From Collinsella aerofaciens (GTDB lineage Bacteria > Actinomycetota > Coriobacteriia > Coriobacteriales > Coriobacteriaceae): a DNA stretch of 64,000 bases. The stretch lies in the NCBI GenBank assembly GCA_048529485.1, contig DBGFJU010000042.1, forward strand, positions 73-64,072, in the 5' to 3' direction. Positions 10,261 through 22,639 of this stretch are shown here, in pieces. The notes beneath the pieces were generated by a model. The model had not been told where the DNA came from and did not search any database. It saw only the letters and a list, made by a program, of their open reading frames with translations. The position numbers were made by a program, and so were the translations under genes. How positions within the stretch are numbered: the stretch's first letter is position 1; each line of letters begins with the position of its first letter.

Positions 10261-11712
10261 TTACTTTTTGCGGGAATTGGTGAAAGCCATGAGGGCCAGG
10301 CCAATAGCCAACCAGCCGATCACGATGCTCCACTCCACCATGTTGAGGGAGGCGGGAGAGAACGGAATCACAAGCAGACCGATGATGATGGCGCAGGCAG
10401 CGATAGCGAGGGAGATGCCAAACTTGCCGCCGGGCACCTCGTAGGGACGGGGCAGGTCGGGCTCGGTGAAGCGCATGCGCAGGCAGGCGAGGGCGACCAT
10501 GCCGCAGGAGAAGATGAAGGCGAGAGCCGACACGTTGGTCAGGGGGATGAGCATGTTCTTGCCCAGGAACGGACCGACGACGGTGATGACGCCCAGGACG
10601 ACGCAGGCGAGCTTGGGAGCGCCGGAGCTGGGATCGACCTCGGCGAACTTCTCGGGCAGTTGCCCCTTGCGGCCCATGGCGAGCATGATGCGGCTCGTGG
10701 CGCCGTAGAAGGAGTTCATCGGGCCCATGGGTCCAAGCGTGGCGATGACAAGCATGGCCAGGTACAGGAGCATGTTGATGCCCTTGAGGCAGGCAAGCGC
10801 GGGAACCGGGCTCTTAACAAACTCGTGCCAGTCAAGGATAGTGCCGAACGAGTAGATACAGACCATGTAGAAGCCGCCGGCGGCCAGCAGGGCCAGGGAG
10901 ATGATCTTGCCGAACTTGTTCCAGTTGAGGCCCTCGGCTGCTTCTTCGGCCTGCTGAGGAATGGTGTCGAAGCCGGCGTAGAAGAACGGAGTCAGAACCA
11001 GGACCGACACGATGCCGGCAAACAGGCTGGAGCTCTCGGTAGCGGCCTTGCCGCCACCAGCGCCGGTGACCTGGGAGAACACAGGCATGGCGTTGTCCGG
11101 CGAGCCGGTGAACAGCGAGACGCCCATGGCGAGCAGCATGCCGCAGAGCAGGGCCTTGGTCAGGAAGGCCTGGAGTTTGGCGGCCGAGCTGGCGCCGCGG
11201 AAGTTGAGGAAGATGACGTAGACTGCAAAGCCGAGCGCGATCAGCGTCGGGAACAGGTAAACGTCGGCCCCCAGGATGGTGTAGAGCTTGACGGCGCGCA
11301 GCCACTCAAGGCCGGGCAGGCTGCCGAACATCTCGGACACGAGGGTCGAAATGGCGATGGCCTCCCACGGGCACAGGATGCCGTTGCCCAGGGCCAAAAG
11401 CCATCCGGTGATGTAGCTCAGCGTACGGCCAAAGCTACGATCGACATACTCGACAATGCCGCCCGAGATGGGGATAGCAGCCGTGAGCTCACCGAAAACA
11501 GCTCCGACGGGCACGAGGAAGATTGCACCCAAGAGGAATGCGATCATAGCGGGAACGGGACCGCCGCCCACGACCATCCAGTCGCCGACCTGCAGAACCC
11601 AACCGGTACCGATGATGGCACCGAAGCCGATGGTGAAGAAGTTCCAGAGCGAAAGCGTTTTCTTCATGCCGCCGTTATCCTCGACTGCAACTTCTGCGTT
11701 CTTGTCCGCCAT
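10261..11712 (-). CDS. APC family amino acid permease
   Basis: GAIIGTGW, ELTAAIPISGG, YAGFD, RPYEVP; about 12 TM. Confidence 0.9.
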   Translation of the reverse strand: MADKNAEVAVEDNGGMKKTLSLWNFFTIGFGAIIGTGWVLQVGDWMVVGGGPVPAMIAFLLGAIFLVPVGAVFGELTAAIPISGGIVEYVDRSFGRTLSYITGWLLALGNGILCPWEAIAISTLVSEMFGSLPGLEWLRAVKLYTILGADVYLFPTLIALGFAVYVIFLNFRGASSAAKLQAFLTKALLCGMLLAMGVSLFTGSPDNAMPVFSQVTGAGGGKAATESSSLFAGIVSVLVLTPFFYAGFDTIPQQAEEAAEGLNWNKFGKIISLALLAAGGFYMVCIYSFGTILDWHEFVKSPVPALACLKGINMLLYLAMLVIATLGPMGPMNSFYGATSRIMLAMGRKGQLPEKFAEVDPSSGAPKLACVVLGVITVVGPFLGKNMLIPLTNVSALAFIFSCGMVALACLRMRFTEPDLPRPYEVPGGKFGISLAIAACAIIIGLLVIPFSPASLNMVEWSIVIGWLAIGLALMAFTNSRKK

Positions 11713-11854
11713 TGTTCCCCTCCTTTCCTGTTTGACGCCCTTGGCGTCACCCCTTGCGCGGTCCGTTTTGCCGCGCGCTTTTATTCCATGGCTTTAAGAT
11801 ACGGCCTTGGCGCAGCAGCGCCGCTCGCAGCTCGACCGAAGGCAGAATTGCAAA

Positions 11855-11884
11855 ACGAGCGGCACCGTTTTTGGGACGAACGGC
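11855..11884 (-). promoter_or_regulatory. Putative LytTR binding site (9-12-9 direct repeat)
   Basis: ACGAGCGGC (11855-11863) and ACGAACGGC (11876-11884) separated by 12 bp, upstream of the permease. Confidence 0.5.
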
Positions 11885-12057
11885 GGGAGACGTCATTCGT
11901 CTTGGACGCTTTCATCTTGTCTGCTTTTGAAGACCTGTTGCCGTGACGCTTGGCGCGCGGCGCGGCAACGTTCATACCATTTGTCAGGCTTTTGGCGCAC
12001 ATACCCATGTGCCGTGCATCTTTTTATGTAGGATAGACAAGTTACACATGAGGCAAG

Positions 12058-13068
12058 GTGATTCGAATGGCATACGGATACAATGACGGCGACCAACGGC
12101 CACAAAGCGTGCGCCTTGCCGGCCGCACCACGTCAACGCCCAAAATCACCTCCGACAACGACAACCCGCAGCGCCCCCAAGAGCAGCTCGGGGCTTCTTC
12201 GCGGCAGCAAAGCCGTACCGTGCAGCAGTCAGACCGTGTGAGTACGAGCACACGCCAACGCCAGACCGGCACATCGCAGCCACGCCGCTACGATCGCCGT
12301 AAGACCGACTACTACGTCAAGCGCTCCTTTTCGCGACCTCAACGCGATCGCGGCAATTCCGCCCCTCACCCCGCGTCGCACACCACAAGCCACGCGCTTC
12401 CGGCCCGCCGCCTACGCCTTGCGCTTTGCTCCATTGCCGCCTGCCTCGTCTTTGTGTTTTTGGGATCCTGTATCTCCCACGGATCAGCCGGTCTTGAGCC
12501 CACTGCCGAGGACAAGCTGCTTAAAGCTCCCGTCGCGCCCGGTTACTCCTTTGCGTTCTCGACCCCACGCTCGCAATGGCAGGCCGGCACCATGTCCCAC
12601 ATCTACCAAATTGACCCCGCATGGTCGGAGCTGCCCTATGCCGGTGGCACTATTCGCGAAAACGCTTGCGGTCCCACCTGCCTCACCATGGTCTATATCT
12701 TTAAGACCGGCCATACCGATAAGACGCCGGTCGATATATGTGCACTGGCCGAAGCCGGCAACTACGCCCCCACTGGTGCCACCGAGTGGTCGTTTATGAC
12801 AGGCGGTGCGTGGCAGCTGGGGCTCAACGGAACACAGCTCTATAACGATCGCGAATCGATTACCCAAGCACTTCGCTCGGGTGCGCCCGTCATCGCCGCA
12901 GTGCGCCCCGGTACGTTTACCAACGTAGGCCACTACATCGTGCTCTACGGCATCGACGATGCCAACCAAATTGGCGTCTACGACCCCAACTCGGCCAGCC
13001 GCAGCGCCCGCCGCTGGGGCGTCGTAGAGGTCCTCAACGAAGTCGAAGCCATGTGGGCCTACTACTAG
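12058..13068 (+). CDS. Membrane-anchored C39-like (papain-fold) peptidase
   Basis: Q..DP.W, ACGPTCLTMV, GHYIVL, VYDPNS triad; basic disordered N-terminus then one TM; start uncertain. Confidence 0.75.
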   Translation: MIRMAYGYNDGDQRPQSVRLAGRTTSTPKITSDNDNPQRPQEQLGASSRQQSRTVQQSDRVSTSTRQRQTGTSQPRRYDRRKTDYYVKRSFSRPQRDRGNSAPHPASHTTSHALPARRLRLALCSIAACLVFVFLGSCISHGSAGLEPTAEDKLLKAPVAPGYSFAFSTPRSQWQAGTMSHIYQIDPAWSELPYAGGTIRENACGPTCLTMVYIFKTGHTDKTPVDICALAEAGNYAPTGATEWSFMTGGAWQLGLNGTQLYNDRESITQALRSGAPVIAAVRPGTFTNVGHYIVLYGIDDANQIGVYDPNSASRSARRWGVVEVLNEVEAMWAYY

Positions 13069-13083
13069 TCATTGAGGACAGAC

Positions 13084-13146
13084 TTAAATGAGTGGTCATT
13101 AGGGACGCTCTTGTTTGACTAGTCATTTAAGAACGTCCCTAATGAC
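13084..13146. repeat. REP-like interlocked inverted repeats
   Basis: GTCATTAGGGACG (13095-13107) / CGTCCCTAATGAC (13134-13146), plus TTAAATGA..TCATTTAA. Confidence 0.55.
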
Positions 13147-13158
13147 TAGGTGAATAGC

Positions 13159-13191
13159 AAAAGCCCCGCAGCCGGAGCGGGCTGCGGGGCT
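13159..13191 (-). terminator. Intrinsic terminator after carbamate kinase
   Basis: 12-bp stem AGCCCCGCAGCC/GGCTGCGGGGCT followed by a short T run on the minus strand. Confidence 0.7.
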
Positions 13192-13256
13192 CATGAAGAG
13201 AGGCTAGTTTGTAGGCGCTTTGCCTGGCGCCCACGAGAGAGGCAACAGAGTAGAGA

Positions 13257-14219
13257 CTACTCGTGGATGCGGGTACCGGAGAGACCGGCCATGGTCTCGG
13301 CAGCCTTGTCCAGAGCGCCGATGATGCAGGTGCGGCCCTTGCGGGAACGGGCGAACTTGATGGCAGCGCGGACCTTGGGCTCCATGGAACCCTTGCCGAA
13401 CTGGCCCTCGTCGGCCAGGCGCTCGGCCTCGTCGGCGGTGAGGTCCTCGAGCTCCTCCTGGTTGGGCTTGCCAAAGTTGATGGCGACATGCTCAACGGCG
13501 GTCAGCAGGAACAGGACGTCGGCGTCGCAGTCCTCGGCCAGCAGCTCGCCGCCCAGGTCCTTGTCGATGACGGCGGGAACGCCCTTGTAGCAGCCCTTGT
13601 TCTCGTAGTCGCGGACAACGGGGATGCCGCCGCCACCGCAGGCGATGACGATGAACTCGTTGTCGAGCAGGTTGAGGATGGAGTCGGCCTCGACGATCTT
13701 CTTGGGATCGGGGGAAGCGACGACGCGACGCCAGCCGCGGCCGGAATCCTCGACGAAGACCTTGGAGGGATCCTCGGCCATGAACTCCTTGGCCTGCTCC
13801 TCGGTGTAGAAGGGGCCGATCGGCTTGGTCGGGTTCTTGAACGCGGGATCATCGGGATCGCACTCGATCTGGGTGACGACGGTGGCGGCGTGCCAACGCT
13901 TATAGCGCTTGTGCATCTCGCGGCCGATGCCCTGCTGCAGGTGATAACCAATGTAGCCCTGGGACATGGCGCCGCACTCGGGCAGCGGCATCTCGGGGGT
14001 ACCGATGGCATCGTGGGCAGCGGCGAAGGCGTTCTGGATCATGCCGACCTGCGGGCCGTTGCCGTGGGTGATGATGATCTCGTTGCCCTGCTCGATGAGG
14101 CCGAGGAGAGCGTGGGCGGTGTTGCTCACGGCCTCGATCTGCTCGACGGGGTTGTTGCCGAGGGCGTTGCCGCCAAGGGCGACGACAATACGATCGGGCT
14201 TGCCAAGAGGCTTAGACAT
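13257..14219 (-). CDS. arcC: Carbamate kinase
   Basis: VVALGGNAL, THGNGPQVG, PTKPIGPFY, RRVVASP, GGGGIPV, VIDKD, GSMEPKV. Confidence 0.95.
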   Translation of the reverse strand: MSKPLGKPDRIVVALGGNALGNNPVEQIEAVSNTAHALLGLIEQGNEIIITHGNGPQVGMIQNAFAAAHDAIGTPEMPLPECGAMSQGYIGYHLQQGIGREMHKRYKRWHAATVVTQIECDPDDPAFKNPTKPIGPFYTEEQAKEFMAEDPSKVFVEDSGRGWRRVVASPDPKKIVEADSILNLLDNEFIVIACGGGGIPVVRDYENKGCYKGVPAVIDKDLGGELLAEDCDADVLFLLTAVEHVAINFGKPNQEELEDLTADEAERLADEGQFGKGSMEPKVRAAIKFARSRKGRTCIIGALDKAAETMAGLSGTRIHE

Positions 14220-14738
14220 TGCTGGAATCCTTTCTGTAAAAGGCCTACAACCCATTAATAACCCGCGTCCGTGCGATACGCGAGTTTATTAAGGTTTATA
14301 TTCTCTTTATCGCTCATTTTATTCATTTTGAAAATAGCAGAACGGTGAACGGTCGGTTTTGTCCGCTCAGCGTACAGAACCCCAGCTCAGACATATCTAC
14401 GCCATTTACGTGCAACTTTATTTAAATGCAGCGAGGATTATGTCGGATTATGCAAACTACATCTCTGCTAAACACAAAACGGACAGCGCAATATCTTACT
14501 CGCACTATACGAGATTCTATGCACTTATAAGTTGAGTATGCACCCCTGCAAAAACAAGGGGCTTTTCATCCAGCATAAGGAATAAAGAAAAGCTCCGAAA
14601 AGGCGGCAACAGCCAAGTCCCCCATCTATCTCCAAAGTGGCACGAGGTTTCGCGGCAAAGTCGCGAAACAGCGAAGGGGACAAAAGCCCCCCACAACCAC
14701 GTCCTTCATCCGCCATCACATCCGAGGACGTAGTCGTA

Positions 14739-14863
14739 GCAGGATCTGAGGGCTAACCTTCGCGGACACTCCGCAGGACGAAAGAACCCCCGCCGCACGT
14801 AGTGCGCAGCGGGGGTTCTTTCATGTCCGAGGACGTCCGCGAAGGTTAGCCCTCAGATCCTGC
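14739..14863. repeat. 125-bp nested palindrome (terminator core inside 29-bp perfect inverted repeats)
   Basis: 14739-14767 is the exact reverse complement of 14835-14863; inner 14-bp IR at 14780-14793/14809-14822. Confidence 0.85.
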
Positions 14864-14873
14864 GGTGGGAGAC

Positions 14874-18413
<3,540 letters not shown>

Positions 18414-18811
18414 ATACCCCTCTCCTCTCATATAGGTATACAGGCCCCGGCGATCGCCGGGATGTTGGCGTGATGGGATTTTCGCTGTTGCTTCCAATCA
18501 TCTGGCAGGCAGGCTCAGCAGCAGGTACATGGCGTGGAGAGAAGGCATGCCGAGGCGAGGAGGGCTGCACGCGCTCCACAGGCCCAGCTACCCGTCTTGC
18601 ACATGATCGAGCGCCGCAAAGGCCGCATGCCGGATGCTCCCGGGCACGCCCCGGTGATGGGAAGCGCCCGCAACGGAAATCCGCATGCGGGTTTATTGTA
18701 CCCCGCCGTCAAGTGTAATTTCGACAAATATAGGCGGGCGGTAAAGGTTTACCTCGAGTGACCATCAAGGGCAAAATTGATCCTTCCGTCACCGAGGGAC
18801 CAAATGGCAGC

Positions 18812-18872
18812 TGCGGTGAAATAGGAACTGTTTTTGCCGGCCGTAGCCTTAAACAGCCCCTATTTCACCGCA
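18812..18872. repeat. Intergenic inverted repeat/hairpin
   Basis: TGCGGTGAAATAGG / CCTATTTCACCGCA 14-bp arms plus CTGTTT/AAACAG. Confidence 0.6.
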
Positions 18873-18890
18873 ACTTATTTAGGAGATGAG

Positions 18891-19244
18891 TCAGAGGGCG
18901 CCGAGGAGGATGGCGTAGGTTGTGGATTCTCCGAGCTTGAGCTCGTCACCGGGGTTGAGCTGGGCGGAGCGGCCGGGCTCGACCTGGGTGCAGACGTTCG
19001 TCGCGCCGTTTACCACCACGGTTCCGTTGGTGGACGACAGGTCCTCAACGTACCAGACATTTTGGTCATCGCACCACACGTGGGCATGGCGAGCCGAAAC
19101 GTCATCGCCCACATCGGTGATGCCGCCCTCCCCCGTTGCCAGCGCGCCGATCTCGACGCCTTCCTCACTCGGCTGAATCCAGCGCGGGACGCTCACCGCG
19201 TAGCCGTTTTGCACGCGCAGCAGTCCCAGCGGATGCGCCGGCGC
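18891..19244 (-). pseudogene. 5'-truncated duplicate of the FHA-domain gene 3' end
   Basis: 117 aa aligning ungapped to the C-terminus of 25559..26497 (14 aa differences); no homologous N-terminal region. Confidence 0.85.
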
Positions 19245-19813
19245 GACCTCGTGCTCGCCCGACTTGGAACCAAGGCGGGCGTGAGAGCAAACGGCATAGG
19301 GAACGAATCTTGCGGATGTACTCCTCGACGTCAGGCAGGTAAGCCCCACGAAGTCACCGGGGAGGCCCAAGCGGCCCGGCACCACTTCCAGATTCTGACC
19401 AGGGCGAGTCGTTCGCCGGTGGCTGAAGGCTCGCTCCCACCCAAAAGGGGAGATTCGCGTTGTTCCCCAATCGCTCTCGCATCTTTCATTTTGCTCGAGG
19501 TGGGCTATAAAAACTTTCCTGGTGAAAGGCGGCGATTGGTTTCCTTTCTTTCTAGAGGAGCGCGCCTGTAATCTGTTTTCATCCTAAATCAAGTTGAGAT
19601 CGGACCTTCCAGAGGCAAGTCGACTCAAACTGCGAGGCTCCATGTTGGAATAAAGAGCGCTGTCGAAGTGCCAACAACACAAAGCTTGCCAGTCTCAAAT
19701 AGAACCTTTTGGGAGTCCGATTGGGCCGCACACCGAATCCCCGCTGGTGGTTTTTTATAGCTGCGTAACAATAAACAAGGTTAGTGCCAGTCCAGCATGA
19801 AATTGAGGAACGT

Positions 19814-21172
19814 ATGCATTTTTTCTCAGTAAGTGATCGTCGTTACTGCTTCGATGAGGTCACTCGCAATTGCTTTCAGGTTGACCAAGCATCAGAAGAT
19901 GCGCTTCGCATATTTGAAGCATCGGGAAGAACGGTCAACTCGAAGTTGCTAACAAAGTCACTTGCTGCGAAAGGCTACGACCAAACGACCATAGCAGAAC
20001 TTGAAGACGACATTGATGAGTATCAACGATTGTCTGAGCGGACTTTCTTAACAAAAGACACGCCTCGAAAACTTAGATCCATCGAACTCCACGTTTCACA
20101 TGCATGCAACCTTGGTTGTAGTTACTGTTTTGCCGGTAAAGGAGATTATGGAACGTCTCCTCTGCTGATGACAGACGAGATAGCCTTCAAGGCGGTCGAC
20201 TACCTCGTCGCAAGTTCATCGGAAAACGAAACGCTTGCAATCGTCTTTTTTGGTGGGGAACCCATGATTAACGAGCCGCTGATATGGAAAACGGTCGACT
20301 ATTCAAAAAGAATATACCCCAATAGAAACTTTACCTATTCTATTACGACCAACGGAACGCTTTTGAATGACACTGCTGTGAATTCTTTCAAGGAGCACGG
20401 GTTTTCTGTTCTGATTAGTCTCGATGGTACAGGATGCAAGCACGATGCATCGCGCCCGTACAAGACGGGAGGCGGCTCTTTCTCCGATATCGACAAAAAC
20501 GTTCGTCGTTTTTCCGAGTCGTTCCCCTTCGGCGCAAGAGCGACCTTAACAAATAATAACTGTAACCTTGTTGAAGACTATCTTCAGTTTAAAGAGATGG
20601 GCTTCAGAAGGATTTACTTCTCGCCCGTGAGCTCATTCGATGAGAATATCAAACTCGACGAACACTCATTAAACAAAATCAGGGCGTGCCTAATAGATTT
20701 GGCGGATCAATATCTCAAACAGATTGATCAAGGGGAAAAGCCCTTGTTTAGAACATTGAAAACTGCAGTTGATTTGATTATGAGCAACAGGATCGCCTTT
20801 GTCGGATGCGGGGCTGGCAGGCGTTTTATTTCCGTGACTCCCGAAGGGGACGTATACCCCTGTCACAGGTTTGTCGGGATGATGCGATTCAAAATGGGCA
20901 ACATCGTCACCGGAATTGACGAAACTAGGTATATTGAAAACTGGAGTCAGGGTGTCGAAAAAAGAATTGACTGTACGGACTGTTGGGCTCGGTCTTTCTG
21001 TGGTGGGGGCTGTAGCTGGGAGGCTGCAGACGAGCACGGCTACTTGCCCAAGAGTCTACACCCTGCATCATGTGAATATAGAAAAATGTGCTACGAGATG
21101 GCTTTTGACCTTATTTCCCGCCACTCATCTTCGCAGGAGAAAAATCAACGAGAAGCTACTGTATCGGAATAA
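19814..21172 (+). CDS. Radical SAM/SPASM peptide maturase (ranthipeptide synthase-like, CteB/PapB type)
   Basis: CNLGCSYC; FFGGEP; TTNGTLL; ISLDG; SPASM CGAG..GDVYPCHRF..CTDCWARSFCGGGC..C; about 85-aa N-terminal extension (RRE-like by inference); ATG 19814 with GAGGA, alternative GTG 19784. Confidence 0.92.
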   Translation: MHFFSVSDRRYCFDEVTRNCFQVDQASEDALRIFEASGRTVNSKLLTKSLAAKGYDQTTIAELEDDIDEYQRLSERTFLTKDTPRKLRSIELHVSHACNLGCSYCFAGKGDYGTSPLLMTDEIAFKAVDYLVASSSENETLAIVFFGGEPMINEPLIWKTVDYSKRIYPNRNFTYSITTNGTLLNDTAVNSFKEHGFSVLISLDGTGCKHDASRPYKTGGGSFSDIDKNVRRFSESFPFGARATLTNNNCNLVEDYLQFKEMGFRRIYFSPVSSFDENIKLDEHSLNKIRACLIDLADQYLKQIDQGEKPLFRTLKTAVDLIMSNRIAFVGCGAGRRFISVTPEGDVYPCHRFVGMMRFKMGNIVTGIDETRYIENWSQGVEKRIDCTDCWARSFCGGGCSWEAADEHGYLPKSLHPASCEYRKMCYEMAFDLISRHSSSQEKNQREATVSE

Positions 21173-21341
21173 GCGGTTCAGCGCATTGCTGTCACCATTG
21201 TGGAGGTGTTCGTTCTTCTGATTACCGTCTGCGAAGCTTATTGCTACGTTCGCCGAAACCATTCTAGAAATATGGTGAACTAGACATCTTGGTTTGTTAT
21301 ACACAATATTGAGGTTTTTCTGCACTCAAAGGGAGGTAGTC

Positions 21342-21545
21342 GTGAAGCATATTCATCCGATTAATCCAGGAAGTGGCGACGAGGCAGGCGTGAAGCCGAT
21401 GTCTTTTGACTGCCTCTTGGGCATTACTGACATCTGTACTGTTTATGATAAAGCAGATGGCTGTGGTGCATACGATTACTGCGACTATGACATGGATGGC
21501 GGCAGCATCTGCGTTGTAGATCACTGTGGCATTGATCAAACGTAG
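21342..21545 (+). CDS. RiPP precursor peptide A1 (67 aa, 6 Cys)
   Basis: GGGAGG RBS then GTG; MKHIHPINPGSGDEAGVKPMSFDCLLGITDICTVYDKADGCGAYDYCDYDMDGGSICVVDHCGIDQT. Confidence 0.88.
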   Translation: MKHIHPINPGSGDEAGVKPMSFDCLLGITDICTVYDKADGCGAYDYCDYDMDGGSICVVDHCGIDQT

Positions 21546-21575
21546 TCTCTAATTGGATTAAGATGAGGAGCTGTT

Positions 21576-21755
21576 ATGAAGCATATCCATCCTGTTGGTT
21601 CAAATGAACATCCTCCCGTTGAGCCTTGTTGTCTTGGAGTTGATATATGCAATTTTTACGACATCGCCGAGTGCCCTGTTGCGGATTGGTGCTATGTCGA
21701 TAAAGAATCAAGCTGTGTTTTGCCAGCAGATTGGTGCGATCCAGTTGACGAGTAG
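21576..21755 (+). CDS. RiPP precursor peptide A2 (59 aa, 7 Cys); not in ORF track
   Basis: GAGGAG RBS then ATG; hand translation MKHIHPVGSNEHPPVEPCCLGVDICNFYDIAECPVADWCYVDKESSCVLPADWCDPVDE*. Confidence 0.9.
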   Translation: MKHIHPVGSNEHPPVEPCCLGVDICNFYDIAECPVADWCYVDKESSCVLPADWCDPVDE

Positions 21756-21834
21756 TTTTTGTGGCTAGGAACTATTTGGTCCAATTCAAAATAAGATGGG
21801 GACAAATACCAAAATCTCGTGTCTGGGAGGAGTT

Positions 21835-21942
21835 ATGCCATTATTGCAAGGTCTCGTTGGATTAACCTTTGTACTTGCTTTATATCTAGCACCTTTTTTA
21901 TTGTTATTCTTCATTATCCGACACTTTCTTCGGAAAAAATAG
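21835..21942 (+). CDS. 35-aa single-TM microprotein; not in ORF track
   Basis: GGAGGAG just upstream (short spacing); MPLLQGLVGLTFVLALYLAPFLLLFFIIRHFLRKK*, hydrophobic stretch with basic tail. Confidence 0.6.
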   Translation: MPLLQGLVGLTFVLALYLAPFLLLFFIIRHFLRKK

Positions 21943-22010
21943 GAGTATCACGCAAACATTAGCGTAGCTTTCTTCCAATATGAGCCGAGCATTGGCAAGT
22001 GGAATAAGAA

Positions 22011-22090
22011 GCCCGACCGTTCGTCACATGAAAGTGATCGGACGGGCCTCTCAATTTAACCCGGGCCGCCACCCATAGCGGCTTTCCGGG
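22011..22090 (+). terminator. Tandem imperfect hairpins closing the precursor transcript
   Basis: GCCCG..TCAC/GTGA..CGGGC and CCGG GCCGC/GCGGC..CCGG stems; weak U tails. Confidence 0.35.
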
Positions 22091-22145
22091 CGTATTTTCG
22101 GTGCAAAGCAATCGTCAGTTTAATCCTATGCGTCGATACCGCATT

Positions 22146-22271
22146 TCATTTGTTCGGCTCGTATTCTACGGCCTTGTAACCCTCGCACTCTCCGGCAAAC
22201 GGATTGAACACGAAGGCAGAGATGATGTGTGCGTGGACATCGAGGCTGCTGTAGGCAACATACTGGGGCAT
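22146..22271 (-). pseudogene. IS110-family transposase N-terminal relic
   Basis: MPQYVAYSSLDVHAHIISAFVFNPFAGECEGYKAVEYEPNK* resembles the Y-x-GLDVH..I.A....P.TGE start of IS110 DEDD domains. Confidence 0.5.
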
Positions 22272-22639
22272 GGACCCCCGCTGCGCGTGGCATGCGGCCC
22301 GGCATATTCATTGCCGTCCAACCCCGTGTAGTTGCAGCAAAGGGTGGAACCTCAATGCTCAGCTCATGTTGTCCGTGGGACACGAGAATTGTAAGTACAC
22401 TTTGGTGTGATTCTCACGATGATACTGAGCCACCTGGAATAAGATACGTCGCGACAACACTTCGCTTCACCTCTGTCTCGACAAGACAACGTAGACTAAA
22501 GTTTCCTTTAGTAAGAGAATGAGAACTATATCTGAAAGCGTTGCGATGGCGTGAAGGCACCGAGTCCGAACCGACTGAATGCTACGTGCATCTGCATCGC
22601 TTTTTTGTTATCTCTGTCAGTTGGGTAGCACTACACTTG

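Noticed and set aside
12058..13068. C39-like peptidase as the RiPP leader protease
   Set aside because: Outside the island, host-like GC, membrane-anchored type, and the precursors lack a double-Gly leader site
19245..19385. N-terminal part of a functional 164-aa FHA protein
   Set aside because: Not homologous to the intact paralog and no clear RBS; likely junction sequence
19814..21172. Anaerobic sulfatase maturase
   Set aside because: No sulfatase nearby; it has an N-terminal extension and adjacent Cys-rich peptides
21294..21341. 83-aa version of precursor A1 from the ORF track
   Set aside because: The RBS and homology to A2 place the start at GTG 21342
21342..21545. SCIFF (six-cysteine-in-45) peptide
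   Set aside because: Shares the MKHI start and six Cys but lacks the CGECQTSCQSACKTSC core
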